The notes beneath the pieces were generated by a model that was not told the DNA's origin, did not search any database, and worked only from the letters and a program-made list of their open reading frames with translations. This document shows positions 11,261-24,108 of a stretch of 64,000 nucleotides of DNA, one piece after another; position 1 is the stretch's first letter; the number at the start of each line of letters is the position of its first letter. A program made the position numbers and the translations under genes. Source of the stretch: Vitrella brassicaformis CCMP3155. Taxonomy: Eukaryota; Protista; Chromerida. The stretch covers positions 62,001-126,000 of the forward strand of contig CDMY01000218.1 of the NCBI GenBank assembly GCA_001179505.1. The letters run 5' to 3'.

Positions 11261-12359
11261 CCCTCAATCACACCGAACACCAAGCTAGAAGCACCGGCGG
11301 GAGCCGACGACTCGCCTGACGCACAAATCACACACACAGATCGCAGCCAGAGTCCAAAGTCGGGCATGCGTCGACGTCATGAGCTCGATCTCTCCCAGCC
11401 CTCGCTGAATCGGCTCTCTGCCTTTCGCTCCCTCCTCTGCCTGCCCCTGTGCGCCTGCCTTGTCCCTTACCAGTTCGCAGCGACGCCCAAAGGTCCTCAC
11501 AGCCCATCTGAAGGCATTGGGAGAGAATCAAGGCTGAAGTCGGGCCGCTAGAGGCAACTGGAAAACTGACAACTCACTCAATCAGCCAAATCAGTCCGAA
11601 CAACTCACCAGGTGCGATTGCCGACCGTCGAGAAAAGACTGGGGGTTGCGGGGGCCACTTGTTCCCCAGTCCACTGCCACACGGCTTCGTTTGCTGCACA
11701 TGGAAGGGCCAATAGCCTGGTGCGAGGACTCGTGACCATCGTGACACTGTCTGCCGCTCTGACATCATCTTGCTGTGCTGCAAATCGTGTGTGTGTCTGC
11801 AGGAACGCTCCTCTGTTCACGACCACCCGTCCATTGTCGGCGTGCCATCGACAGAGGCCGCTGCTCTTCATGTGCGACGACAGGGACCTGCACTTCGACT
11901 CAGGTGTGGGCGGGAACAGAACAATGAACAGGTAGGTGGATCCGGATGGTCTGATGTGTACATGGCTTCAGTGCCGGTGACGGTGGCCCTTCAGCTGAGG
12001 GGCATACACCTGAGGCAGCAGAAATATCACCTGCTGCACAGACGGAGCCATTCACTGGTCAATTAATCCTCACGGGGGGGTGTTTGTTCTCTTGTGGTCG
12101 ACGGGAGGATCCGTGTGGACCGTCTTGCAGCTGTACCGTATACGTACGTGCAGGCTGTATGTGTGCGTCTGTGTGTGTGTGTGTACTGTGCAGTACTGCC
12201 GTTCCGTCTTGGTGTCTGCCTCCGCCTTTCACCAAAGCAGGAAACAGACCTACGCGGGAGCGAGGGAGCTGCTGCAGGCCGTAAGGAGGCCGAACGGCAT
12301 CACGTGCAGCGACACCAACAACACGACCGTGCTCCCTTTCATCCGTTCAGCTTGAGAAC

Positions 12360-12710
12360 ATGGACAGTGCGAGGAAGAGAAGACGGCGGCAACGCCCAGT
12401 GACACAGCCGTCAGGGTCACCAGAGGAAAGACCAGGCCCCAGTGAATTTAAGGCGGCAGAAGAAGGGGAGAGCGAGGAAGGTAAGACACCGACTGAACAC
12501 ACCCACGCGCAGGCAGAGAATGGTCTCTCTTGTGTTGCGGACTTTTCAGGGGGGATGGAATCGTCTTTCTCCGAGTTCGAAGGGGACACAGCAAGAGAGG
12601 ACGAGCTGCCTGGAGAAAGGGGTGTGGTTGGCCGCGTGTCGTCGCCCGACCAGCCCCTCCCGCTCTCCAGTCGGTTTGAGCCGCTCGGCCCTCGTAGGCA
12701 CAAAATGTGA
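12360..12710 (+). CDS. Small hypothetical protein; its 3' exon lies in the left arm of the inverted duplication
   Basis: ORF MDSARKRRRRQ...HKM*. A possible phase-compatible intron runs 12481-12549 (gtaaga...ttttcag). The C-terminal ~35 aa are shared with the minus-strand ORF at 14905-15213. Confidence 0.3.
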   Translation: MDSARKRRRRQRPVTQPSGSPEERPGPSEFKAAEEGESEEGKTPTEHTHAQAENGLSCVADFSGGMESSFSEFEGDTAREDELPGERGVVGRVSSPDQPLPLSSRFEPLGPRRHKM

Positions 12711-15085
12711 CAAGGGGGTGCGAGGGCGAGACACAGACGGTACTTTGCTGGCACGTCAACCGTTCGTGTGTATACTCCTGTCGTTCCTTGTCGTGTCTCC
12801 ACGAACAACAGCACAGTGTAGCATAACACGCACAGCAGGCATTCTCGCACAAGGCGACACATGAGAATGTAACATCGCACGAATCCAAGAGCTAAGTGAT
12901 TGCAGCAACTCAGCTTAAAGTTTGTCGCGGGAGGGCCCGCAGCATAGCCCGCACACACACAGCAACCACAGCACATGACAAGACGGACGTCTGTGCACTG
13001 ACTGCGGCGAAGCCAGCAATACTCAAGCCGTCTATTGTGTGTGCTCACGTACATGTAGCTCCTGCAGCAGCCCCGTTGCTGCAGTCATTGTATGGGAGAC
13101 ATAGCCAACAAAGAGACGTGATTATTCGCTGGCTTTGTCAGGAATGCCCTCTCTGTATATGTGCGTATGTCTGTGTTCCGGCTCATTACGAGGGAGGAGA
13201 CGAATGGATTTACGGTGGGGGCCGTGTGGCAAAAGACGGCGTCTCCCAGGGGATGCCACCATGGGTAACGCCATCGCTCGGATGTGCCCTCCTTACGGCC
13301 GCAAGGGGAAGAAGCGCAGAAGGAGAGGCCACCGAGACTTGGCCAAAAAGGGAAAGTATGCAAAGGAGGCAACTCAGGCAGGAGTCGACGCCTCTCGGAG
13401 GGTCGGCGCGGCCGCAAGGAAGATGGGCGGGAAGCTCGGCAAGGCGGGGCTGCAGGCAAGCAGGCAGTTTGGCGCACTCGCAAGGTTATTCGGCTCCACC
13501 ACTGGCAATCTCATCCAAGAGTTCGTCACGCGGGGGTCAGTGCACACGGGAATTCAGGCAGGGGAGGGTGGGTATGCATCTCTGTCCGGCATTTTGTTTT
13601 CAGCTTCAAGGCTTACTTCTTCCTGACCTTTCTGATCTACTTCACTGGGGCCGTGGTCGCCCTGTCGACATACACCTACGTGCCCCGCCGCGAGGACGGG
13701 GAGATTGTGTGCCCGATGACGCTCAACGTCTACTTTCTCTGTGGGGCCTTCTTCATTCAGGTGTGGTCAGAAGCCTTTACGTGGGTCAGCATGACTGTCT
13801 GTCTGTCTGTCTGTTTGTCTTGATGTCTCTGGTCGTCGCGCAGGGCTTCTTGGCTGCATACACGGCTTGGGGGTACTCTTACATCGAAAAGTAAGTGTGT
13901 GCCGCGGGTGGGCCCATAGAGGAAGACAAAGCGGGTGATTTCTCTCCCTCCCTCCCGCTGGCCTGCATGCAGGCTGCCCGAGGGTTCGTTCACTGAGCTG
14001 TCGGCCTTTCAGTACTTGATCGGCTTCATGATCAAGGTGGTGCCTACCTGGAGCAGGCTGCTGCATGTCTTCAACTTCTTCCAGCTGCTCATAGCCGTCT
14101 TCTACGCACTTGTGCTGCCCGAGTGCAACCTCCACCTTGTGCGCGTCACCCTCTGTATGTGCACAGCAAGCAGAGGATGGATGGGCAGACGACTGAAGAA
14201 GTCCGTGTGTGTCCCCTCCGTTTTTTCTTCGCTTAGTTGTGTTGGGCATTGTGTGGTGGTGCATTATTCTTGTGGGCATCACGGCCAAGAGACACTTCCC
14301 CGTCCCGCCCACCATATTCGAGCCCGTCAGGCCTGGTGAGCCAGAACACACACACACACACACGCACACACGGACAGACAGACAGACAGACAGACAGACA
14401 GAGAGGCCATGCCTGACAAAGCCAGCAGATAATCATGTCTCTTTGTTGGCTATGCCCCCCATGCAATGCCTGCAGCAACGGGGCTGCTGCAGGAGCTGCA
14501 TGTACGTGAGCACACAAATAAATAGACGGCTTGAGTATTGCTGGCTTCGCCGCAGTCAGTGCACACACGTCCGTCTTGTCGTGTGCTGTGCTTGCTGTGC
14601 GTGTGTGTGTGTGTGTGCAGACTATGCTGCGTGCCCTCGGGCCGTGACAAAGCTGAGTTGCTGCTGGGGTTGATTGGATTTTGGACTCTGTGGGAATGTG
14701 ACATTAGTATTCTCTGTGAGCCGTCTTGGCGTCCAATGAGCTCACCTCAGCTCTGCACGATGTGTCGAGAGACCGCACTGCCTGTCCTTTCCAATGAACC
14801 GATGAGGAGAGAGGAGGCATGAAAGCCAAAGGCAGCAAGGAGCACCCACGGACCGTCAGTGTCTCAGCAAAGTAAGGTCTGTGTCGTTCCCTCGCCCTCC
14901 CTTGTCACATTTTGTGGGTATGGGCGCCGAGCGGCTCGAAGCGACTGGAGAGGGGGAGCGGCTGGTTAGGCGACAACACGCGGCCAACCACACCCCTCTC
15001 TCCAAGCACTTCGTCCGGTCCTGCCGTGTCCTCATCTGACTGGGACAGGGACGATTCTGCCCCCTGAACGGTCCGCAACACAACC
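12530..15085. repeat. Diverged inverted duplication: left arm ~12530-13150, right arm ~14400-15085
   Basis: Example: ggggtgtggttggccgcgtgtcgtcgcccgaccagcc (12618+) vs the reverse complement near 14965-15000. Also gacaagacggacgtctgtgcactgactgcggcgaagccagcaatactcaagccgtc (12978+) vs the reverse complement near 14525-14580. The middle of the arms aligns poorly. Confidence 0.85.
13261..14647 (+). CDS. Multi-pass membrane protein of unknown function with a possible N-myristoylation/palmitoylation start (MGNAIARMC)
   Basis: Spliced exons give a basic N-terminus, then hydrophobic segments (FKAYFFLTFLIYFTGAVVALS; VYFLCGAFFIQ; FQYLIGFMIKVVP; LLHVFNFFQLLIAVFYALVLPEC; VLGIVWWCIILVGITAK). The last exons (14476-14501, 14621-14647) give EPVRPATGLLQELHTMLRALGP*. 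Confidence 0.7.
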
Positions 15086-15254
15086 GATGGAACAAGTAGG
15101 CAAGAGTACATCGAATACGAATGAAGATCGGCGTGTCCTTCATGCATTCGTTCACTGATCCTTCTCTTCACATGAGTCCTGATGCACGCGACAAGCCAAA
15201 GTGAGAAAGACATGGACCTACAGCTCCACTGTCAGCGCCAAATGGATCCTGGCG

Positions 15255-16314
15255 TCACTTCTTCTTGCCCCCCTTGGCTCCCTTGCCCTTGTCGTCCTTC
15301 ACCTCCTCGGCCTCTTCCTTGGGGGCATCTGGGCTCGGCAGCGGAAACACGAGAGAAAAAGGTGATGTTGGCGGGCTCAGCAGTTCCTCTTGCTGCTCTT
15401 GGTCCGCCCCATCACCTCCAGCAATGGCTGTGGTCTCCTCCCTCTTCTTGCGTCCCGCCGCTTCCTTTGATCCGGGGCGGCTCGGTGGCCCTCCACTGGC
15501 TGGCGAGGATGGCGCTTCTGGGGGAATGGCAAGGAGGCTGTATGTCTTATGGAGGGCCACCATTGTTCTCGCCATCGCAGTGGGCGCCGCTCGCAAGTCG
15601 AGACACCGGCCGTCCTCTTCGATGTCGACCTTTGACACGTCTGACGCCAAGACAGAAGCGAAAACAGAGGTGGAGAGACACGTAGTGTCCAGGTGTGTCA
15701 TGGTCGCCTACAATTCATGACGTATTCATGTCTCTCCAGCTCCTTGAGAATGGCGCCTCTCCTCTTGACCGCCGCCTCCGCCTCCTCAAGAGTCTTCTTC
15801 TGGGCTTCAAGCTTAGTTCTCAGCTCTCCTCGTGGCGTGAGAGCTTCGGGCGGCTCTTCAGTGGGGGCCTCCTTCCCTCCTCCCTTCTTGGCATCTTTCT
15901 TGGCATCTTTGCCCTTGGCTGCCGCCGGTGGGGGTTGTGGTGGCTGCTCCTCTGCTTCAGCAGCGCTCGCAGGCCGACTGGCAGCTTTCTCTTCTAGCTC
16001 CTTGAGGGAAGATTCCACCTCTGCAGGCGGGATACAGAATGACATTCCATGCCCTTCCCTGTCTTGAGGGAGAATTGTATCTGTCTCCCCCTCCTGACCC
16101 GCGATTTGTTTTCTCTGCTTCTCCTGCAGGCGATTCAGTTTCAGGCTGGCGCTTTTGGTCTCCGCTTTTTTTGCTTCAAGCTGAAAAGCATTTCAAAGCA
16201 GAAAGATGAGTTTTGTGTGCTTGTTCCTCCCGCCAAGACCCCTCACCCGCCGCGCACCTACCTGCTTTGCCAGGTCAGTCATCGCCCTGGTCAAAAGAAA
16301 ATCCAGCAGAATGT
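15255..16314 (-). CDS. Lys/Glu/Ala-rich coiled-coil hypothetical protein (5' end unresolved)
   Basis: Exon-like blocks LEAKKAETKSASLKLNRLQEKQRKQ, EVESSLKELEEKAASR...LEAQKKTLEEAEAAVKRRGAILKELERH and ...KDDKGKGAKGGKKK*, separated by GT-AG introns. Confidence 0.5.
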
Positions 16315-16694
16315 CTGAAAGTGCACAGGGAGAGGGGGTGTCGGTACATATCTGCGCCTATGTGTGTGTGATGTGCGTGAAGGCCTCTAGGGAAGCACCA
16401 TTGGTCACATCAGCGTTGAGCAAGCGATGAAAGTTATCAATGCCATACTGCATACAAGGGAAGGAACACCGACACACAGCATGGGTCAATTGTGCTCAAT
16501 TGGGGAGGCTCAGCGAATCGCTGCCAACCTCCGTGCCTCATGATGGCGACGCTCTTACCTGCACGGAAAAGAACATGGTGCCAGTGGCAACTTGGCCAGA
16601 CTGAGTGGATCGTCATCTGGGGGCCCCCTCTGCATGCAGTTGTTCGCGCCACCGAGTTCAACTTGAAGTTAGCGCTAGCCTTCCCCGTTTGAGC

Positions 16695-18373
16695 ATGTCG
16701 AGGTTGTTCTTCCTTTCTCGGGCCCTCCTGGCCGCCCTCTTGCAGTGTGGGTCAGCCCTCCATGTCAACGTCGGTGCCAAGGAAGCCGCCACCCGCCTGG
16801 GCTCCGTCACCGCCCTGACCTCGAACCTGACGGCCCTCATGGCCGCCGGGCGTAAGACCTTTGGCTACACGACCACCGAATACAACGACGTATTCCTGAC
16901 GGGCTGCCCCGAGCGTAAAAAGCCGACGCGAAGGCGCGTCTCAGTGCGTGATGGATCATACGTTTGCAATGGCATGCAGGTGTGAGGAAGTATCTCTTCA
17001 TGGCGCCGAGCAAGGAGGTCAACACGAAGGAAAACGCGCGGCCGTGGAAGGGGAGGCAGGTGGCCGTTGGCAAGTCGGGAGGGAACGTCATCTGCGAGCG
17101 AGCAATCGCTACAATATATACGCATACAGGAGAGTTTTTCCTGTGGCTTTTTTCCAGACAAGAAGCTGACCTATCACCACACCATCAGCAAGTCCTTCCT
17201 CAAAATGTTCTGGTAAGCCGCTGGAGAGGCACGACGTATCAACACTGAGATGGCTAATGCATCTGGTGTGTGGCAGGAATACCTTGGTGTGCTCCGGCAA
17301 GTTCAACAACGAGCTCGCCCAGCTCCTCACCGTAATTAGTGGGGAGGCCCGAGAGTACGCCTTCAAGAAGCGCGTAACAGAGAAGACTGCGTCCCTGTGG
17401 CAAGTGTGGGCGACCCACTTTGACTCTTTCACGATCAAACACCGCAATGAGAAGAAGGCCTGGATGAGATTCAAAAAGAGCTTCCTCTGGATGCCTGTAA
17501 GTCACGGCATGCCCACATTGCTATACTCGACTAAGTCGACTTCCATCCCTTTTCTATTGTGGACTGACAGGGCGAGCTCGTGAAGGGACCACACCCGTCG
17601 ATGCGCGCGTCGGACCCCGGGGACGCCTTCGATGAAGAGACGTGCTGGTTTCACCGATGCGTCCAGCACGAAGATGGTACCGTCGAGCCTTCGTGTCCCT
17701 GGTACCATTACGTTGGAGCGGTACGAATCATCTATATGGCCACTTTGCGCACTCCTGCCGTATGTATGTCTGCACTGTCCACAATTATATTGACAGGTGG
17801 TCCAGCATGTCATCACCGGTGTGGCCGACGGCAGATACGATCCCCTTTACATCGACCAATATCCCGGCACTGACGAGGATGGACTGACGAAGACCACATT
17901 TCTCAGAGATCAGATCAAGTGGGCACTCTGGCACCTCCAGACGTTCATCAGCTTCAACGGTCAGTCTGAGACACACGCACAGATGGCGGATGTATTGACT
18001 CTTTCACATCACCTGCACATGCCACACAGGTGACAGCGAGGCGTGGATGCCTGCCTGGTGGGCTTGGGTGAACACCAAAAGGGGTCCCAGGTGGCAGGCC
18101 AAGACGGGCAAGCTGAAGCGCCTCGCCCAGGAGAACCCCGATCTCTACTGCCAGATCACCAATGGCTTCGTTCACGAGACGGACCCTTCCAGCGAAGAAG
18201 AGGAGAGTTGGGTGCCCGGCGACCTCTTCGAGCCAATCCCTGGCTTCCCCTACGTCGAACACGAGCCTGAGGAAATGGACAAGGTCGCCCACGAAAACAC
18301 GATTGTCGAGGCCACGGCATCCAGCGACGAGGAGAGCGAGGGAGACGAGGAGGAGGAGATGGACATCTGGTGA
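16695..18373 (+). CDS. Secreted hypothetical protein with a signal peptide and acidic tail
   Basis: MSRLFFLSRALLAALLQCGSALH signal-peptide-like start; several GT-AG-separated coding blocks with strong codon bias; ends SSDEESEGDEEEEMDIW*. Confidence 0.65.
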
Positions 18374-18919
18374 ACAGACACACTTGCATGCACACACAGA
18401 CGGCAGTCACGAGAGAGAGAGAGAGAGAGAGAGACATTCGACTGGGTGACTGACTGGGGGTCTGCCTCACCTTTCTTCTTTTGACCCTGGGTGGCTGGCT
18501 GGGGGAAACAAGGGCGAGGGGGAAGGCTGGTAGAAGTGACAGAAGTGAGAAGTGCTGCAAGCAATTGTGTCACCTACTCTACCACTGCGAAAGAAACAAG
18601 ACCGATGTTTTAGTGCAATTCAACCAAGCAACGTCTCACAAATGCCGTGACCCTCATGAACCGGACACTCAGAGGTCAACACCGACACATCCATCCACAT
18701 CTGTACACACAAAAATCGATTGCAACTGATTGATACGCCGGCGTACGCGTACACACTCATACACACAGAGATACTCGTACACACATATAACACGCACGCA
18801 TACATCGGTATACATGCCATCAAAACCCGCCCACGCCATCACTGCCTGCAGCCGCTGCCTCCCTCTCGGCCTTTGAATCAATCAATCGATCGACCAGCCA
18901 ATCGACATCAGCCGATCAA

Positions 18920-19568
18920 TCACAGGTGTGTCCAATCCCCGTCATCCTCCTCCTCATGATCATCATCCTCGGGCAGCGCCTCCTCGCTCAGGACACTGGG
19001 AGTGCTCTCGTCCGACTCGCTCACTCGGTGGTCGCCGTCACTCGGCAGGCGGGGCAGATGGATCACCGACGGCGGCAGGCAGGGACCGTCACCAAGCGAA
19101 TGCGATGTCGCTGAATGAGCCATGACGGGCGAGGAGGGCTTCACGGTCTCCCACTCATCCCCCTTTGTGTCGGTGGCAGTGTCGACCATGAGCCAGGCGT
19201 TGGCAGCCAGGTTCGCGCCTGGAGGACTGCGAGCAGCATCGAGGTCACGGCACCTGAATGGACGCAGCACACAAACGACGGCCATCGATTGACTGTGTCT
19301 GTTCGCCACCCAACCTCTTCTGCCCTACCTGCTCTGCTGGACATGAGTTGGCAGCGCTGCATCTTGGTCGCCGAGGGCGTCATGCGCTACATGAGTCCAC
19401 TGGGCTCCTCTGGCCGCCTTGTGCTGCCTCAGCTGCGACGTGCGGGATCGAACGAGAGAAGCAGCCTTTTTTGATGTGAACGAGAGAAGCTTGAAGCAGC
19501 TGATGCAGCCTGGGCTGCCATGCTCTCCACGCAGCTTCATCTTCGTGATCTCCCCTTCGCGGCTGCAA
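18920..19568 (-). CDS. Hypothetical low-complexity protein
   Basis: Two ORF blocks (19325-19582 and 18920-19309) with an intron-like segment between; acidic C-terminus; no recognisable domain. Confidence 0.35.
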
Positions 19569-19795
19569 GCTAAGCCGTGCAAAGAAGCTTGCGTTTTTGA
19601 TTCCTCGTTTTCCTCCTCCCCTTTTCCCTCAGCAGGCCTGCGCCGACAGCCCGACGCCCATCCGTCACCCTACTCTCTCAGATCTGCGCCAAGAGACGAC
19701 CCGCCACCTCCCTCTCCCTGGCGCACCTTCTGCGCCCCGACGCCGCCAGGACCCTCCCAACGTCATCCACACACCCTCCCAAGTGCCGCGCAGTG

Positions 19796-22646
19796 ATGGC
19801 CGAAGACCGCAAGCGACCGCCAGTGTCTGCACGGGGCGGTCTCTTTGTCCTGGGTGCTCCGGTGCTGGGCATGACGCCTCGCCTGATGGGGCTATTTCGA
19901 CAGCTCGACATCTCCCGCACTGATGCTGAGGATGAGTTCGTCGAGTGCATTGAGCCGCCATTGCCGACTTCCATTTCTGCAGCAGCCACGCCGCCCGCTG
20001 TTACCAACACGCCCGAGCCCATCCGGCTCGTTGGCACGTGCCAGCGTCTGATGTCGAAGCGAGTCGGCCGTCGACTCAAGGCCAAGAGATACAGCAGCAG
20101 CCTGGTGGTGGCCAACCGGGGCGGCAGTGCGACGCCGGTGTCGAGCAAGGCCTTGGACACGCTCCTGCAAATGCCTCCGCCCGATGTTGCCGCACTCAAT
20201 GGTGACGGCAAGAACGCATCGCTCATCAACCCGTATGCGGCTGGGGGCACGCTCAGTGAGAGCGAGGAGGGCAGCGACAACCACGACCCGTTCCCCTACG
20301 GCCAGGCGAACCACTTCACCCACCCATTCATCCCTGAGCGTGACAGCACCATCCCGCCCATGTGTCCGGGGCCTCTCAACACGCGGCACCGGGCACAGCC
20401 GACGACCAACAATGTCTACCCTACTGTGTGGGGGCGGGAGAAGCCGCTACCGAGGGAGGTGTTCGATCAGATCAACTTCCTCGAGAGAGAGGCCAAGCAG
20501 GCTGCGGAGGTGCGTCAGAAGATGGATGGGTGGGTCGGTAAATGGCGGCTGGTGCATTGTGAGTGTGTGTATGGGTGTGGTGTGTGTGTGCAGAAGGGAG
20601 ATTTCCAGAATGCACATCGGCTCCAGCAGCTCCGTCGTCACGTCATCGACGCGCAGCAGGCTGCGTTTGCCGAGATGGTGCGCATCGAGAGGGGCCTGCC
20701 ACTGCCGCACACCATGGGCAACGTCACCAACATCAGCGTGCAGCCACCTGGCCTTGTGACACTCAAACCAGCGGATAAGGTGAGCACTGCGCGCACATAC
20801 TCTCTCCCCTCTCCCTCTCGCTTTCCCTCTCACTGTGTGTGTCCGTGTGTGCAGGTGCAGCAGTTCCGCGATGCGCTGGCCTACATGGAGTCGGAGGCCA
20901 AGAAGCACTACAAACTCATTTACATGCCCGACCGGGCGGACACTGCCAGGGTGGAGCTCGCGGCCATCCACGGGCGGCTGAGGCAGCTACTCAACAGCTA
21001 CAAGCACTACGACCTGCCTGCAGAGCTCACTCATCAGGTACGTGTGTGTGGATTGGTGCGTGTGATAGGGGTGGGTGGGCAGGGAGTGCGTGTGCATTGT
21101 GTGTGTGCACAGGCGAATGTGCTGAAGCAGCAGCTGAGTGGCTTCAAGCAGGTGAGAACCAACACACGGTCGGCACACTCAGTACCTTCCTTCTCTCTCT
21201 CTCTCTCTCTCTCCCCTACAGTTCGGCAAGTCCCATTCGCCTCAGATGCCCAAGTGGCGCGACGCGTGTGAGAGCTCCCGACTGTTCCTCACCACCACAT
21301 ACACCGACACCGACACAGACGCTGACAATGCCGCCCCACAGATAGTCAAGGTACCCCCCTCCCTCCCTCTGTTCCTCCCACTCATCTCTCTCTCTCTCTC
21401 TCTGCCTGTGTGTGTGTGTGTGTGTGGCATGTCGGTTCAGCTGCAAGACAACCCTCTTTTGGTGGCCTTCGCCCGCTGCTCCAAGATCCCCTATGACAGC
21501 GACCTGCTTCTGGTGCAGCAGAGGGTGGCCAAGTGTGCCTGGCCGCTGGGCGAGATGACGCTCGTGGCCAAGCTGCACCTCAAGAAGACGCTCGAGGTGC
21601 TCATCGACATCGGCACAGCCGGCGGCAGCCAGAAACTGGCCGACCTGGCCAAGACGATCGGGTGTGCGGAGAGCGTGTGGCTGCTTGGGCCGCATGGCCC
21701 GCTCTTCAGTGACCAAATGGTGCGGTCGGAATTGATTGATGGATGGATGGATGGGCGGACACATGTGTCTGTTGTGTTGTGTGTGTGTGGCAGGTGTGTG
21801 AGTTGCGGGAGGTGTTGGGTGCGGTGGATGTGGAGATGGTCAAGGGAGGAGGCACAGAGGCCGACACGTCGAGCGGACGACCCGCGGTACGCTACGCGCA
21901 TCCCTCTCATGCGATGCGATCCGAACACACAGCGGATATCGTTTGTGTGGTTTACGGTGTTTGCAGGCTGATGTACTCGGTGATCTCATTGCGAAGATCA
22001 GTGGTACGCAACACACGCACAGCGACGGAAGGACGACAGGAAAAACCATCAGCCGCGTGTGTGTGTCGGCCTGTTCTGTAGATGTGGGTGGTGGTGGTGG
22101 TGGTGTGTCGATCCAGCCCCCCTCGCCCACGGCCGTGCCGCCCGCGGCTCTGGCATTCATACTCAACACCAATACCAATACCAACACCAACACCGACACG
22201 GCCAATGCAGGTCCGTTTGCGTCTACACACACACGTCAAGTCGACCACGAGTTGAGTGGCCATCTGTGTCTGTGTGTCGTGTGCATTTGGTAATGTTAGG
22301 CAATGGCGAGGCGGCGCCTCATGGGTCGTCCCCTCCTCTGACGGCCCAGGCGCTTCTGGAGTTCATCCAGCTCGGCGGCCACACCACCACTGCTACAAAC
22401 AATACCCACAACACCATTCAGGACATCAACAACACCGACACGGGTACGTCACGTCAGCACACTCGTCCATCCCTATGTGTGTGCCGGGGGTTGGGCACTC
22501 GTGAATGCCTGGCTGCGTGTGTGTGTGTGTGGACAGGTGGCAGCGACACGCCCAGCGGCCGGTGGAACCCCTGGACGTCGAATACCATACTCCCGACCGG
22601 TAAGGCCACTCGCACATCAAGGGTGCACGGAGCGGGTGACGCCATC

Positions 22647-22683
<37 letters not shown>

Positions 22684-22696
22684 TACAGGTGTCTGA
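19796..22696 (+). CDS. Hypothetical multi-exon protein with a UVR-like coiled-coil motif
   Basis: Long first exon (MAEDRKRPP...), many (TG)n-cag introns. The spliced sequence includes LEREAKQAAEKGDFQNAHRLQQLRRHV. A phase-1 last junction gives a stop at 22694-22696. Confidence 0.6.
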
Positions 22697-24108
22697 TGGG
22701 TGGCAAGTGGCGGTGTGGGCAAGTATGGTCGTGGTGGTGCCTGAGCCCCAGTGTGTGCGTGAATGTGATACTGATTCGGTCCTTCTCTCCTCCTCCGCGT
22801 GTGTGTGTGTGTGCGTGTGTGTGTGGTGCTCGGTGGCCTTTGTCTGACGCTGCGGCCTCGCCCACCTCGGTCCGGCAGCAGCATCATGTGAAGGGTACAG
22901 AGCGCACACGCACACACAAGGGGCACAGTTGAGAGGGCATGCCGTCAATGTGGCGGCATAGACGATGAGATAGCTTTTATCTGCCTTTCTGCCTTTGCGT
23001 GTGAATGTGGTTTAAGTGCTCATGCCGTGCCTGTGTGTGCATCTGTGGCGTGCTGGATGTGACGACATACGACGTACGACATATGGCCTTACGACTTACT
23101 TCCTCATGTTATTGGTGGTGCCATGGTGGTCGCTAGATGTTCCTGCCTGCCTGCCTGCCTGCGTGTCTGCCTTTCTCGCACTCATTTGCGTGTGCATGTG
23201 CTGCGTACGTCCGTAGGAATGTATCTGTCTGTGTATTTGTTGCTGACTGACTGACTCAGTCAGTGTATGTCTATATATCTATCCACCTATATGTATATAT
23301 ACATATGGACACCCATACGTATACATACACACAGACACACGTGTATACATACATATTTGTGTGCATTACGCGAACGTACACATACCGTGCAAGTGCCGTG
23401 CTGGCTTCCTGACGAACTGACTGACTGAATGTCCCCCCCCCCCTCTGCGTCATGGACGAATGGCGGCGGAGTTTTGGCTTTTCCCCCCTCCCTCCCTCCC
23501 TCCCTCTTCGTGACGACAGACGTGATGGCCTTTCTTTCTTGCTTTGACGGAGTTTTGTGTCTGGGTTTCCATGGTGGTCTGTGTGCATGGTGGTCTGATC
23601 TGGGTGGACGCCTGAATGTCGCTGGCTGGCTGGCTGGGTGTCTGTCTGTGTCTGTCTGTATCATACTACCCTCTCCCGCCCTTGCTTTCTCTGCGTGTGC
23701 GTGTCGTGTGTGTGTGTTTTGTGTGCGCGGGTGATGATGCGTGTGCCGTGGCTCGAATAAGTGAATGACGTGACCGACACTCATTCACCTGACACAGAGT
23801 GTTGAGTGAAAAACAGCAAATACACATACATAGGCACACAGATCAAGTCATCCATCCATCTGTCCGCCAGCCGATTAAAGTCAACCAGCCGCCGCCCACT
23901 GCCAGCCATTTCAGCCCCCCTTGACGCCATCCCCCCGTCCCACCCACCACCCCTTCCAGTCGGTCGACAGCCACCTTGCAACGCCTCTCGACGCAGACAG
24001 ACGGGGAGGTGCCTGATGCAGATACACCAAACAAGGAGAGGAAAGAGAAAAGGCAATAGACGTGTACAGACTTCCCCTTCCCCCATGTGTCGTGTCATCC
24101 GACCTCCG

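Noticed and set aside
12530-15085. DNA transposon or foldback element with long terminal inverted repeats
   Set aside because: No transposase or target-site duplication was seen. The arms are diverged gene-end fragments with recognisable exons.
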